Of a stretch of 64,000 bases of DNA, positions 13,356 through 24,350 are shown piece by piece (positions within the stretch are counted from its first letter, which is position 1; every line of letters begins with the position of its first letter). Made by a program: the position numbers and the translations under genes. The notes under the pieces are model-generated. The model ran no database searches and was not told where the DNA came from. It worked only from the letters and a program-made list of their open reading frames with translations. This DNA is from Marsupella aquatica (Eukaryota > Plantae > Marchantiophyta), in the NCBI GenBank assembly GCA_973895155.1, contig OZ316891.1:6937808-7001807 (forward strand), read 5' to 3'.

Positions 13356-16300
13356 CTATTGCAAATCATCAACCTCATCATATTCCATTTGCCCAGGTTC
13401 ATCATATGTCTCTCTCAATGTTAAGGGGATGTAGTCAGTCCCTGCCCGAGTTGGAAGTACAGTCTCATGACTAGGATGCTCGAATGCAGCATGGTCATCC
13501 AAACTGAACTCTACTTTACTTCCATCCATCCGCCTGTTCCGTGCTTGGCTATGGCATGCCACCCTCCAGCCATGTGACTCCTCCACATCTGCAAAGAAAG
13601 CCTGTTCAACTTGGCTAGGGAAAACAAAAGGCTCAGACCATTCTGGTACTCTGGACCTAAAATTGGCCAACAAGAACCCATCATGATCACGCTTCATGGT
13701 GGCCCTTGGTCTCTGCCACTCTGATTTCACCCATGATCCCTTCATCAATATCACTGGGACACTTGTGTTACCATAATTCAACACCCAAATGTCGGTCAAC
13801 TCCCCCATGTAACCCATCTTCATCCACCCCCTCTGTTCTTCAGAGGTTCTCTGCTCAAACACAGAAATCAAACCACAATCATATGATACACAATGGTCAC
13901 CCTGCTCATCCCTCACTCGATAATGATTTCCATAAGCTCTCATCCGTTTGTAGGTCAGAATAGACAATCGTGGTGGCACAGATAGAAGATACAAATCCTT
14001 CTCCATATCTGGGTGATGTCTACTATGCTCTCGAATTGTCACCCGAATCCACTGCTCGAACTGTGGGAAGGGATCCTGCTGCCCAGAGTGTGCAGCTTTT
14101 TGCATATCATATTCCCTGCAATATGAGGTACAGGCATAGTTAGGTCTAAACAACACATGACAACCTAAGATCACCCTTGGAACAGACAAGAAGCATCACA
14201 ACAAAGGCAAGTCAATTCAATCACTCACCTCCACCATGGTTGCATAGGCTCTGTGTTTGCCAGCACATATGAATGAGCCTTGTCTCGAATCACAACAGGC
14301 AGCTGAACAGCACGTCCCACACCTTCAACAACCTCGCCACTCACTCCATCATCTTCACCAGATTTCCAAACTCTTGTCATAGCTTCACCAGACCCAGCCA
14401 TGTACTCTGTTAGGAATCCCAACGTCTCATCCTTAATGTACCCCAATGCCATGGAAGCCTCTGGCCTGTAGTATGTTCTCACATGACCTTTCAACAACTT
14501 CATGTATCGCTCCATAGGGTACATCCATCTGGTACTGACTGGCCCATACTGCCCTAGCTCTTCTACCACATGGATTAGGAGATGAGTCATAACATCAAAG
14601 AAAGCAGGGGGGAAGTATATCTCCAAGTCACAGAGGACATAAGCAGCATCCTGCTTCAACTGCTCCAATCCTTGGGGATCCCACACTTTCACACATATAC
14701 GGCGAAATACATTGCACAGTCGAAGAATGACATTACGGACTGGTTTCTGCATGAGACCTCTGAGGCATAGGGGCAGAATGTGCTGCATCAACACATGGTA
14801 GTCATGTTTTTTCATACTGCCAAGTTTATTCTTTGTAATATGCTTCTTGAAGGCACCAGCATAGCCAGAGGGCACTTTCAGACAGCTCAATCTATACAAG
14901 AATGTCTTCCATTCATCCTGTGTGCACACATAGGGAGCTTGGAACTTGAGAAGTACATTGGGATTGCTTGCATGGGGCTTCAACCAAAGGTGAGGGCGAA
15001 TCCCCTTCTGTTGCATATCAGCTCAAACTGCTCCTGTATCTTTCTCACCCGATAAGAACTTCAGCAAGCTCTCACAAATATTTTTCTCAATGTGCATGAC
15101 GTCCACATTGTGTTTGCTGGGCTCGAATTCCTGCACTCCACAAAGCAAAGAATTCAACAACAGAAACACTAATTAACCACATAGGAGGATTGTAACCAAC
15201 ATCAATCCACCATTGCTCCAATCTAAAATTGCAATCATATAGGGGCTGGAGGCTAAGTACATTACCCTCCAGTACTCCAACTCCAAGTCCATCAAGGTCT
15301 GTCTTTTCACACCGTGTTTCACCACTGGATCCTCAGGTTCTCGATCAGTGGCACTTCTCTTGTCCCAATCAGCCTTCCTGGCTGCCCACCTCAGGACTTG
15401 CTCTCTGGTGACCCTCTGCGGTGGGCCACGAAGCTCTGTTTTGTTGTTGAAGTGTGCAATTTGAGACCGTGTGTGCCTGTAAGGATGATCAACAGGCAGA
15501 TACCTTCTATGCCCCTGAAATTTCATACTGTGCAGGGCATGCGACCACTCACTTGTCACATTTTTCCCACATGGTGTGCACCCCACATAGCCCTTTGTCA
15601 CTCGTCCAGATATGATGCCATGGCCTGGGTAATCTGCTATATCCAGCAAACAAATTGCATGCAGTCTAAAGGGGCTGGGTCGAAGAAGCCCCTTCAGAAC
15701 ATCATGGGTTAACACCCTTTCTATCCACAAAGTCTTCCACTCTTCCACTGCTGGAGCCAACATGATATCTATGAATTGCTCGGTCACAGAAGCTGGTCCA
15801 GGGATTAACAGCACCATCATGACAAAAAACCTCTTTGTAGTCATCCATGGGGGAAGGTTGTAATTTAGCAGCGTAACCGGCCAACATGAATAACGGTTGT
15901 TTTTGTCTCCAAATGGGTTTACTCCATCCAGTGATAGACCAAATCTAAAGTTCCGCTTCTCTGCAGCAAACTGTGGCCACCTCTCATCAACAAATTTCCA
16001 ATGGTTGGAATCTCCAATGTGACGCTGCAGGCCATCACTGCTCTTGTTATCAGGAGTCCATGTCATCAGCTTGGAAATGGCAGGGCATCTAAACAGACGT
16101 TGTAGTCTAGGAATGAGAGGAAAATGACGAAGAACCTTGGCAGAGTGTGTACATTTCCTTACATTCTTGTACCTGTGCTTACCACAATGAGGGCATGTCA
16201 ATTTATCTGCATGCTCTTTGCGAAAGAGAACACACCCATCAGGGCATGCGTCAATAGACACATAGTTCAGCCCAAGGTTAGACATCAATTTCCTAGCCTC

Positions 16301-17068
16301 GTACATATTTTTTGGAATTGAATTACCATCTGGTAACACATTTCGGCGCAGGAAGGTCAACAACTCTGTCACAAATATATTGGGAACATTGTGATTGCCA
16401 CAGATGTTCAACAACAACACGACAAAACCCAGCTTGGAGCAGTTCGACCCCTCGTAGATAGGAATGCAAGCTTCTTTGATGTGTTTTGGGCCCCCAAACA
16501 CCCACTCCCTCTCTGCTGCACCTTCCCCAATGTCAAAGTCAGGTTCAGCTTGGCCGTCGCCAATGTGTGGCTGTGGTTCATTGTCCTCTTCTGATTCCAC
16601 TGTGTCGTAAAAAGCATCAAGGTCTTCAAAAATCTCTTGAACCATTCTTGGGACATCCATCCCACCGTCCTCAGTGACTGCCTCTCCATCTCCATCTTGG
16701 TCATCCACGTTCTCATGTTGGACCCCAGGACCATCCTCTGCACAGTCTATGTCCTGCTCTACGTAGTCTCTACGCCTAGCTGTATTAGAATCCACAAAGT
16801 CAGCTCTCCACTCTTCATCAGAGGAGTCTTCTTCTGCTGGTACATTCCAAACCCTCCACCGAGGGTGCCTTTCATGCCGCAGCAGGTGAAGGTGCACAGT
16901 GTTCAAACTCAACGACTTGAATCCTTGGCACTGTGTGCATGGGCATCTCATCCTCCTACTCCTACCTTGGGCGGCCCGGGCTTGTTCACGCATCCACAAT
17001 TTAGAATCATGATGCCTAATCCTAAATGGGTTGTGAAGAGGCAACCTTGGAGCCATCACTATACACAC
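13356..17068 (-). pseudogene. TnpD/Tnp2 DDE transposase (transposase-associated domain, Transposase_21, DUF4218, DUF4216); three exons, one premature stop
   Basis: Motifs RMRCPCxxC, IDACPDGCVLF, LSLDGVNPF, DYPG, DVMHIEKN, FFDVMTHLLIH, WMYPMERYMK, EPFVFPSQVEQAFF. Exons ~17068-15266, 15130-14229, 14115-13356 with GT-AG introns; in-frame TGA at 15023-15025. Confidence 0.93.
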
Positions 17069-17382
17069 GCACTCAGCACCCTGTCATTTTATTATGCAAG
17101 TGAAAAATACACTTCCTGTTAAGGATTTCACCCCCGACTGTACTTGCCAAAATACGTAACGTTCCAAAAAAACAAAAAAACAAAAAATATAGTTGCCTGA
17201 GTCATGTACCTATTCTCAAGTGAATGAGACAAAATTCCTAAATGTTTGAGGGTGTCAACTCCTCCGCTGTCCTCACATGTACTGCCTCTGCACGTACATC
17301 CATGACCATATCAGAGTCCAATCATGTATAGTCATAGACACAGGTGCCAGGTGCGAGACCGGTGTGAGATGTCCTCATCTTA

Positions 17383-17952
17383 CTACCACATCAAATACGG
17401 ATACCAATCCTGTTGTCGATGCCACTCAGCCCTGAGGTACTCAGGCATGTACATTAAGTCATCAAGGTCTAAACCCTGCTCATGCCATGGTGGTCTTCGA
17501 TCCGTGCCTACAAGCAGTGGCAGCAGTGCCCTCCATGGTGCACATGTTGCTACCAAGTCCCTCCACTGGGTACTAATTAGTCTATATTTGCAGATATCTT
17601 GTGCGCCAGACACCACAAGAACCCTCGGCCAGACATGTGTAAGAACTATATCATCTGCCAAATCAGGCAACAAGGAACCACCTACAGCATCGTGCTTGTC
17701 TAACTCATCTGCTGAAAAGTAAATGTCCTCTTCCGACTGTGCATCCTCATTCACCACAGCATTCACAACACATCCAAGGTCTGCAGGCATTATCTCGGAT
17801 GGAGCTACACTCTGTCTGGTTACCAATCCACACAAGTAAGCCCAAGTAGTAGCCATGCACGATGCAACCCGTAGGAGGACCCTACATAGGGCCTGACGGT
17901 CTGGAAGAGGCAGCATACCCACCAAAGTCTTCAGCCAAACAGAGCCCAGCAA
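17383..17952 (-). CDS. F-box-like small protein (CACTA cargo); true start uncertain
   Basis: LLPDLADDIVLTHVWPRV...DICKYRLISTQWRDLV fits the F-box pattern LP.LPDD+++.+..R+...+.R.+S..WR.+; homologous to ORF 27574-28137. Confidence 0.65.
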   Translation of the reverse strand: MLGSVWLKTLVGMLPLPDRQALCRVLLRVASCMATTWAYLCGLVTRQSVAPSEIMPADLGCVVNAVVNEDAQSEEDIYFSADELDKHDAVGGSLLPDLADDIVLTHVWPRVLVVSGAQDICKYRLISTQWRDLVATCAPWRALLPLLVGTDRRPPWHEQGLDLDDLMYMPEYLRAEWHRQQDWYPYLMW

Positions 17953-18092
17953 GTAGATTCACAGTCACACCCCACGCAGCAGGAAACAACAATCACTTCA
18001 ACTGCGACCAACCATGACAAGATGAGTTAGTTCAAGGATCACATTTATTACAAAATTGTGATTTATACAAAAATATGAGGGACTCCTACTCC

Positions 18093-18956
18093 TCACTCTC
18101 TCCCACCTTTGCTAAGCATACATCTCCGCTGAATCTTGGAGGGCCAGGCCTCAAAAATATCAAAGTCCCAAGCATTCTGTCGCTTCCCTCTAGCTGCTGA
18201 TTCCAGAAGCCAATCAGGGGAAAGCACCCAAAGATTGTTGTTCATGACAAAATCACGCACTGTTGTCTTAAAGAATTTTCTGCATATTTTCATGTATGAC
18301 AGACCTACAACATGAGTGGAGGTTTCTGTTAGACTCTCCTCCACTGTCCCACCTAGCTCAACAACTATAGACTTGTACAATCTGCACTTAGTCTCCCCAA
18401 TTCCTTCTTCTGCAAATACCACACTGAACCCCTTCATAATGGTATTTCTCTCCTTGCCATGCTCATTCAATATAGCATCTGCACGCATAGGATGGTGTCC
18501 TATGTTGACAACAGGTCCATATTGGACAGAAGCAAAGTTGGGTTTCTCTGCCGCTGCTTCATAGGCTTCCTTTTCAGCCAAAGCCTCTGCAGTGGCCTCC
18601 TCACTCTCCCACAACTCATATTGCTCAGTACTCTGTACACACCTATGTTTAACAGAATCGGTCAGCCAAGAGACTTCAACTACTTTTAGACCTTGGTTGG
18701 TAATGGCAGAATCAATGAAGGACCATGACCAGTTGTTCATCACATCCAGCCATGTCCCCGCAACAACATGTGTAGTCTGTGGAGTGATGTCCTTGACTTC
18801 AGTCCCATGGAACTCTGAGAATCGTTTTTGTACGATTGGCCAACTCACTTGGGTGAAACCATAGTGGCCAGGAATCAAAATGGCTTTGATTCCAGCCAAC
18901 AGAGGCGGGTGGTCAACCTTTGTACGTTTCCTAGAGGCCATGTACACACGTGCCAC
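18093..18956 (-). CDS. Tandem BRCT-domain protein (CACTA cargo)
   Basis: Two repeats with BRCT hallmarks: FHGTEV..ITPQTTHVVA...VVEVSWLTDSV..Y and LGGTVEESLTETSTHVVG...VLSPDWLLESA..F; uninterrupted frame. Confidence 0.85.
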   Translation of the reverse strand: MARVYMASRKRTKVDHPPLLAGIKAILIPGHYGFTQVSWPIVQKRFSEFHGTEVKDITPQTTHVVAGTWLDVMNNWSWSFIDSAITNQGLKVVEVSWLTDSVKHRCVQSTEQYELWESEEATAEALAEKEAYEAAAEKPNFASVQYGPVVNIGHHPMRADAILNEHGKERNTIMKGFSVVFAEEGIGETKCRLYKSIVVELGGTVEESLTETSTHVVGLSYMKICRKFFKTTVRDFVMNNNLWVLSPDWLLESAARGKRQNAWDFDIFEAWPSKIQRRCMLSKGGRE

Positions 18957-19539
18957 CTAATCACTGCAGACCGGAAGATAATGCGTTCACCTGATAATCG
19001 GAGGGCCCTTAAAATGCTGCGTTTATAACTTGGTCCAGTCCAGTCGTCTGGTGAGTCTCTGCTCCGATTCCAAACGGGAGAAATATTGGGACAAACGTAC
19101 TAGACACCTGCAAGCATGCACCTCATAGTTTGAATATGTGCCTTGACAATATTGAAGGTGACAAGTGCAATTGTTTTGTGATGCCACATACAGATGTTGT
19201 AAATGGGCAGACATTCAATGAGAATAGAAAATGTTGGTACACTTTAAGGGAATTCTCGCAAATTAAATAGCCTTGTAACTTATATGCTCATAATGAGAAG
19301 TCCTGATTTAATTTAAGCAGTGTCATGTAAGTCGTGATCAAAATGATTGCAGAGTTAAAAAAGTTCCTAGAAGGCTTAAGGGGAGTTTTTGAAGGCATGT
19401 ACCCAGGAACAAGTAATGAACTTAGGGTACTTGTTGCCTAAGCATCCTCTCCTACAGAGGTCCTTCTTCTCAAAATTGGAATGTCTGCAATCTCCAAGGT
19501 ATCCACATCAGGTGCACTATGCATGTACATTATTCAGGT

Positions 19540-20220
19540 TCAAAGCCAAGAAATGTGATCTCTCATGGGAGTGTGCAAAGTAGGATCTATGGCATGGCGA
19601 TGACAATAGAAGATCCATCGATCAACACCATGTGCAGAGTGATGATAGATGTGTCTGTCACAAGCATAGCCTTCTGCTTGACGCTCCTTCAAACAATGAA
19701 AGTGCCACATGGTGGGACACCTAACACAGTGGACTATGTCCACCCAGAAATCTTCATCGTGCTGACCACATGCCTTGCACTTATGAAGTGGGCAAGCTGT
19801 GGCAAGATCGGGCAAACATGAAAAACAAAAGAACCTCACACAATATCTATCAGGGCATTTCCTAACAAGTGGTGGAGCATCAACAGAGCCCTCATAAGAC
19901 CCCAACTTCCCACACTGTGCACACTTAGCCTGCTTCTCCAAACAATCAGTGCACATCCAGCCTCCCTGGTGTGCTGACGGGAGGCCCACCCCTGGACAGT
20001 TGTTTTCTGCAGCAAGGTCAGACTCCGGGTTGAGGTGGAAATGCCTCATGCAAGGGCCCTCACATATGGCTAAGCCACCACCATCGTCACAAATGGCACA
20101 ACAATGAGCTGCCTTCTGGAAAATCTGACTTGCGGAGAAGTTACTACCATCTGGCCCAACTACACCTGTGTTGCTCACCTCTGTCCCCCGCTTCTTGGCT
20201 CGGATTTTAGGGCGTGCCAT
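19540..20220 (-). CDS. Stand-alone EDM2/NSD-type composite PHD-finger protein (CACTA cargo)
   Basis: CAICDDGG..CEGPCMRHFH...CxxC..KCAQCGKLGS...CPLHKCKAC...CVRCPTMWHFHCL...FYCHRHAIDPTLHTPMRDHI parallels the EDM2 PHD region as I recall it (CAICDNGG..CEG.C.RSFH...CPLHKC..C...CRRCP..YH..CL...IYC..H.ID..L.TP.RDH); basic NLS-like N-terminus; uninterrupted 226-aa frame. Confidence 0.85.
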   Translation of the reverse strand: MARPKIRAKKRGTEVSNTGVVGPDGSNFSASQIFQKAAHCCAICDDGGGLAICEGPCMRHFHLNPESDLAAENNCPGVGLPSAHQGGWMCTDCLEKQAKCAQCGKLGSYEGSVDAPPLVRKCPDRYCVRFFCFSCLPDLATACPLHKCKACGQHDEDFWVDIVHCVRCPTMWHFHCLKERQAEGYACDRHIYHHSAHGVDRWIFYCHRHAIDPTLHTPMRDHISWL

Positions 20221-20889
20221 GCCTACGCCTGAGACAGATAGTACAATTTAGTAGAGTGCACAGACAATACAATTTAGTGCAGTGTACAAAAAGTACAGTG
20301 TAGCATATAGACTAGAGTGGCAATTGCTACTGCAATGAAATGTTCACACACATGTGCAGAGTAGGCATACTTTTTGGTTTGTTGAGCCCACACTAAAAAC
20401 TGATCCCCTCGTACAATAGCTCCACCTACACCTCAATTTTGTGGCTATGATTCACCAAAGGAGATCTGCAACAAGATTTAATGCATTTGAATCACATATA
20501 ACAGTCGTGACATGTAAAACAGGCATTTTTTGAACAGGATTGGTATCAAGCAGTGTGATCAGGGTTGTAATTTATACATCCTAAATAGGCTATGATAGTG
20601 AATGAGACAAATAAGTTAGGCATAAATCACTTTTTCCAGGTTATCACATGGCCCATTAATTCCAGTCTTTGAAAGGAGACTTTTAAGTGAGCTTGCTAGC
20701 CTCTTAAATTAGGATATTGTACTTAGTGCAGCCATAATAGGATAAGTTATGTACTGTTGACCGTAAACCCTGGACCCAAAATTGCTCATAATTCAAAATC
20801 TTAAGTAAATATCCTCTCTGTTCAAGTCAAAGTGTTAAGTTATAGGTCAATGGTCTCTGGTCTGTGCATGCGGTGTGACAAGTGGTCTT

Positions 20890-21462
20890 CTACAACGTGT
20901 GATCCAAACATGTGTAGACACCAAAGTGACCGGTGGTGGGGTCTGGGAGGGCAGGACAAGTGACATCGCCAGGCACACTGCAGGATGGCGAGTGGTTCCA
21001 GATGATACATTGTGCTATGTGAAAAAACCGACATCCAAGAGAACGGTCATCCAACTCTAGGCCAGAAGCCCTACAGGCAGGACAGTCATACTGGCAACTG
21101 TGCACACACCCTTGGGCCCTAATTTGTGGCGGGTCATGTACGAGAGACAAAAATACCAAGGATGTTGGGAAGGGTGGAGAAGCAGGTACAGGGCGGCTGT
21201 AGTTATTCCTGGCAACAACTGGGTACTCAAAGTACCATGCAGACTGGGCTGGAAGGATCCCAAGTCTGACATACTCAAGGTGCAACATCTCTGCCTTGCG
21301 TGCAAGCCGCACATGTTCAGCATTGCGGGTCCTCACCATAAGTGTTGCTTTTGTGGAGTGTCGTGTGTTCACGTCCTCTGATAAGCACCTTCGATCAGCA
21401 AGGTGAGCAGGAGCTGTACTTGCCTCACCAACAGCAACCAACCTTAAATTATCAGTTCCCAC
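20890..21462 (-). CDS. Unknown Cys/His-rich ORF (possible CACTA cargo)
   Basis: 190 open codons, co-oriented with the other element genes; partly duplicated at 21723-22192; no family recognised. Confidence 0.4.
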   Translation of the reverse strand: MGTDNLRLVAVGEASTAPAHLADRRCLSEDVNTRHSTKATLMVRTRNAEHVRLARKAEMLHLEYVRLGILPAQSAWYFEYPVVARNNYSRPVPASPPFPTSLVFLSLVHDPPQIRAQGCVHSCQYDCPACRASGLELDDRSLGCRFFHIAQCIIWNHSPSCSVPGDVTCPALPDPTTGHFGVYTCLDHTL

Positions 21463-22192
21463 TCACTGTGTCATTCCATTGGTTCCAGCTAGGGGTCACA
21501 ATGTAAACATAGCATGAAACACTCCTAATCAACTTGCTTACAAACTACAATATCAGAAAGAGTGAAAGTCTCACCCTCCAGTGAGCAACAGAGAGGTAGT
21601 TCACTGGATGTGTTGATGTGCAGTTAAACCTCCACTATTGCTTACTTCCGGTGTATGCTGCTCAGTCAGAGACATATTAGTAGCAGCAAATTGCAAATAA
21701 TGGCCATAAGCAAACCGTGAGAGTACTCAAAGTACCATGCAGATTGGGCTGGAAGAATCCCCAGTCTGACATACTCAAGGCGCAACATCTCTGCCTTGCG
21801 TGCAAGCCACACATGTTCAGCGTTGCGGGTCCTCACCATAAATGTTGCTTTTGTTGTGATGTCCTCTGTTCACGTCCTTTGATGAGCAAGGCGAGCAGGA
21901 GGTCGACTTGCCTTGCCCACAGCAACCAACCTGCACTTATCAGCTCCCACTCACTAAATTGGTTCCAACTACAGGTCACAATATACACATAGCATGAAAG
22001 GTGCATAGTACATATTTGATGCTAAGTTCCTGAGACAAAGAGCATGTATATAAAACCATGTTCTCCATGGACATGTACATAAATCATATTTGGATCCTGT
22101 TTTTTCATCCAGAAAGATCGAAAGTCTCACCTTGCAGGTTGCAGCAAAGAGAAAACTCACTGGTTGTCGTGTTGTGCAAGTGAACCTCCACT
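21223..22192. repeat. Diverged internal direct duplication (21223-21635 vs 21723-22192)
   Basis: gtactcaaagtaccatgcaga...gcgggtcctcaccataa and gaaagtctcacc...aacctccact are shared by both copies. Confidence 0.85.
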
Positions 22193-23850
22193 GACGTGGC
22201 AGAAAGCAGACAAAGCTTCAGGAAGATGGGAAAGATGATCCTCGCCCATCATCCCCTATAAAATCTACACATAGGACGGACGCTCGGGGACATTTATCAT
22301 GAAAATTGAAGATCCATTCGACAACTCCATGACAGCCTATTCCGCATTGTGTCCGCCCCATGCAAGCGAGGGGTGTTCAGCCGAGCTTAGTCTAACCATG
22401 AATGATTGTTCTGGAAGCAGTTGCGACAATGTTTTGGTTTTTTTCTCCTATCCAACTCAATAGCTCACAAACATGGCATTGGACCCATTAACAAATTATA
22501 CTTGCCATCATTCTCAACTGTATTACATGGCCCACACTGCTGACGTCCCTGACTCTTAAGGGAAACTCATCTCCTGGGCCAGCAACATCTCAGATTCTAC
22601 AAAAATGAGAAACTGTGAAGACTTCTTGAACTCCTATCCTGTGACTGTAGCATGTATGATTTGCTGGGACTGCAGGCAGTTCTGGATCCTGTTGCGGTTT
22701 ATATACAGCAGCAACCTGAGCTCCATAAATTTGTTTTTAATAGACATACGTTTGACCACGGCTACAACTCCAAAACAATCACCAAATCAAATCATAACAA
22801 AACCCACTCGAAAGCTGAACACTAGAACACTGGAACACACTCAAACAGGTTCTGCAAGGATGGCTCTCTGTCGGATCGGCTAGAGAATCAGGCAGGCTTC
22901 CTATTACGGTCTGCTCAGAGCCTTACACTCTGGATTAGACTCTGAATCCAAACGCGAGTCTACGCTTTCCGTTGCTGGTCACAGCGACGGGCAATCAGGA
23001 TGATGCCATGCCGAGTAGAAGAACAAGAAAGCATTCCATAAAAGGCACTGAGATGAACCGTATAGTAAAAGTGGTAGTACTTCCGGTAGCGCGACCGACT
23101 CGCTATGTGACAGTCCGGAAAAAAGCTGAAAGGCTGAACTTAGGCGATAGATTCCGTGCTCAATGTGACAGGTTTTTTGAAATGATCAAGCCAAGGTGCA
23201 AAGGAAAACTGATTGAAGGTGGCATGGGAAAGTTGTCAATGCAGGAGAAACTCTTGCCTTAGAGTAACCTTGTAACCAGGTAACAATGCAGGAGAAACTC
23301 TTGCCTTAGAGTGCTCGACGCTCCTTCAGCTGGATAGGGGCAGCTCCAAGTACACGGTCTGGTCCAATCACCGCCTGCTTTGTTACAAGAAGGTGGACTA
23401 AGCCACAGCTGACGTCAATCATGCTATAAAAAATGGACAGATGAGCCGTGCACAGTAAAAAATGGACAGATGAGCCGTGTCACGGAAGCATATAGTCATT
23501 CCTCAATATTAAACGAGACTATGAGAGGGCATATATAAGTTCACGACCAGGAAAGAGTCTCACCTTGCAGCACGGAGATTCTCAAAGCGCACCAAGATGA
23601 GTCCTTGTAGTAGGTGAATGTTGGGCGGTGTCATGTAAGGCGCAAATCAATAGCTCGCTACCTCCTGTCTCCCCGTCTATCTCCCGTGCACTTCTACCTC
23701 CCCGTCCGACTTCCCGTCTGTCTCCCACGTACTTAAATTGAAGTTTTAACAAAAACTATCAACACCAAGTGCAGCAAATGCCAACATATTCACATTGCAG
23801 AGCATAAAAGTAGTCACAGTTCATGAATCAGTTCCCTATCGAATCATGGG

Positions 23851-24350
23851 CACTACGCCGAGCACTGCGCAAGAGACTGGGATAGACACTGCAAACATGG
23901 GGACTTTTGTTTGGCAAGAAATCTGGACATCAAACCTTCAGCAGCGGCAACGGGAAGCATTACATCAGACGAGTGGACATCAAATGAGCAGTCCAATTAT
24001 AGGCAAACGGCGACTGACATAGAAGAGGGAAAAAATGTGCATTGACATAGTGGACATGCGCGCATTGACATAGCGGAGGGGAGCAAAACTACATAAGCCA
24101 AGTGACCTTTTTAAGGCCCACAATTTCAAGGGGAGGGACAAAGAGAGCAAGCACTCCAATCTCTTCAATCCCTTTCGCAAGTAGCCGCCGAAATCTACTT
24201 CTTGGGGTCCAGCCCACGGATGTAGATCATGCAAGGTGGTCAATCACAGTAAGTGTAATCACTACGCCGAGCACTGCACAAGAGATTGGGACAGAGACTG
24301 CAAACATGGGGACTCACAGGCAAGAAATCTGGACATCAAACCTTCAGCAG
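23851..24350. repeat. ~100-bp direct repeat inside the CACTA
   Basis: cactacgccgagcactgc...gcaagaaatctggacatcaaaccttcagcagcg at ~23851 and ~24260. Confidence 0.8.
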
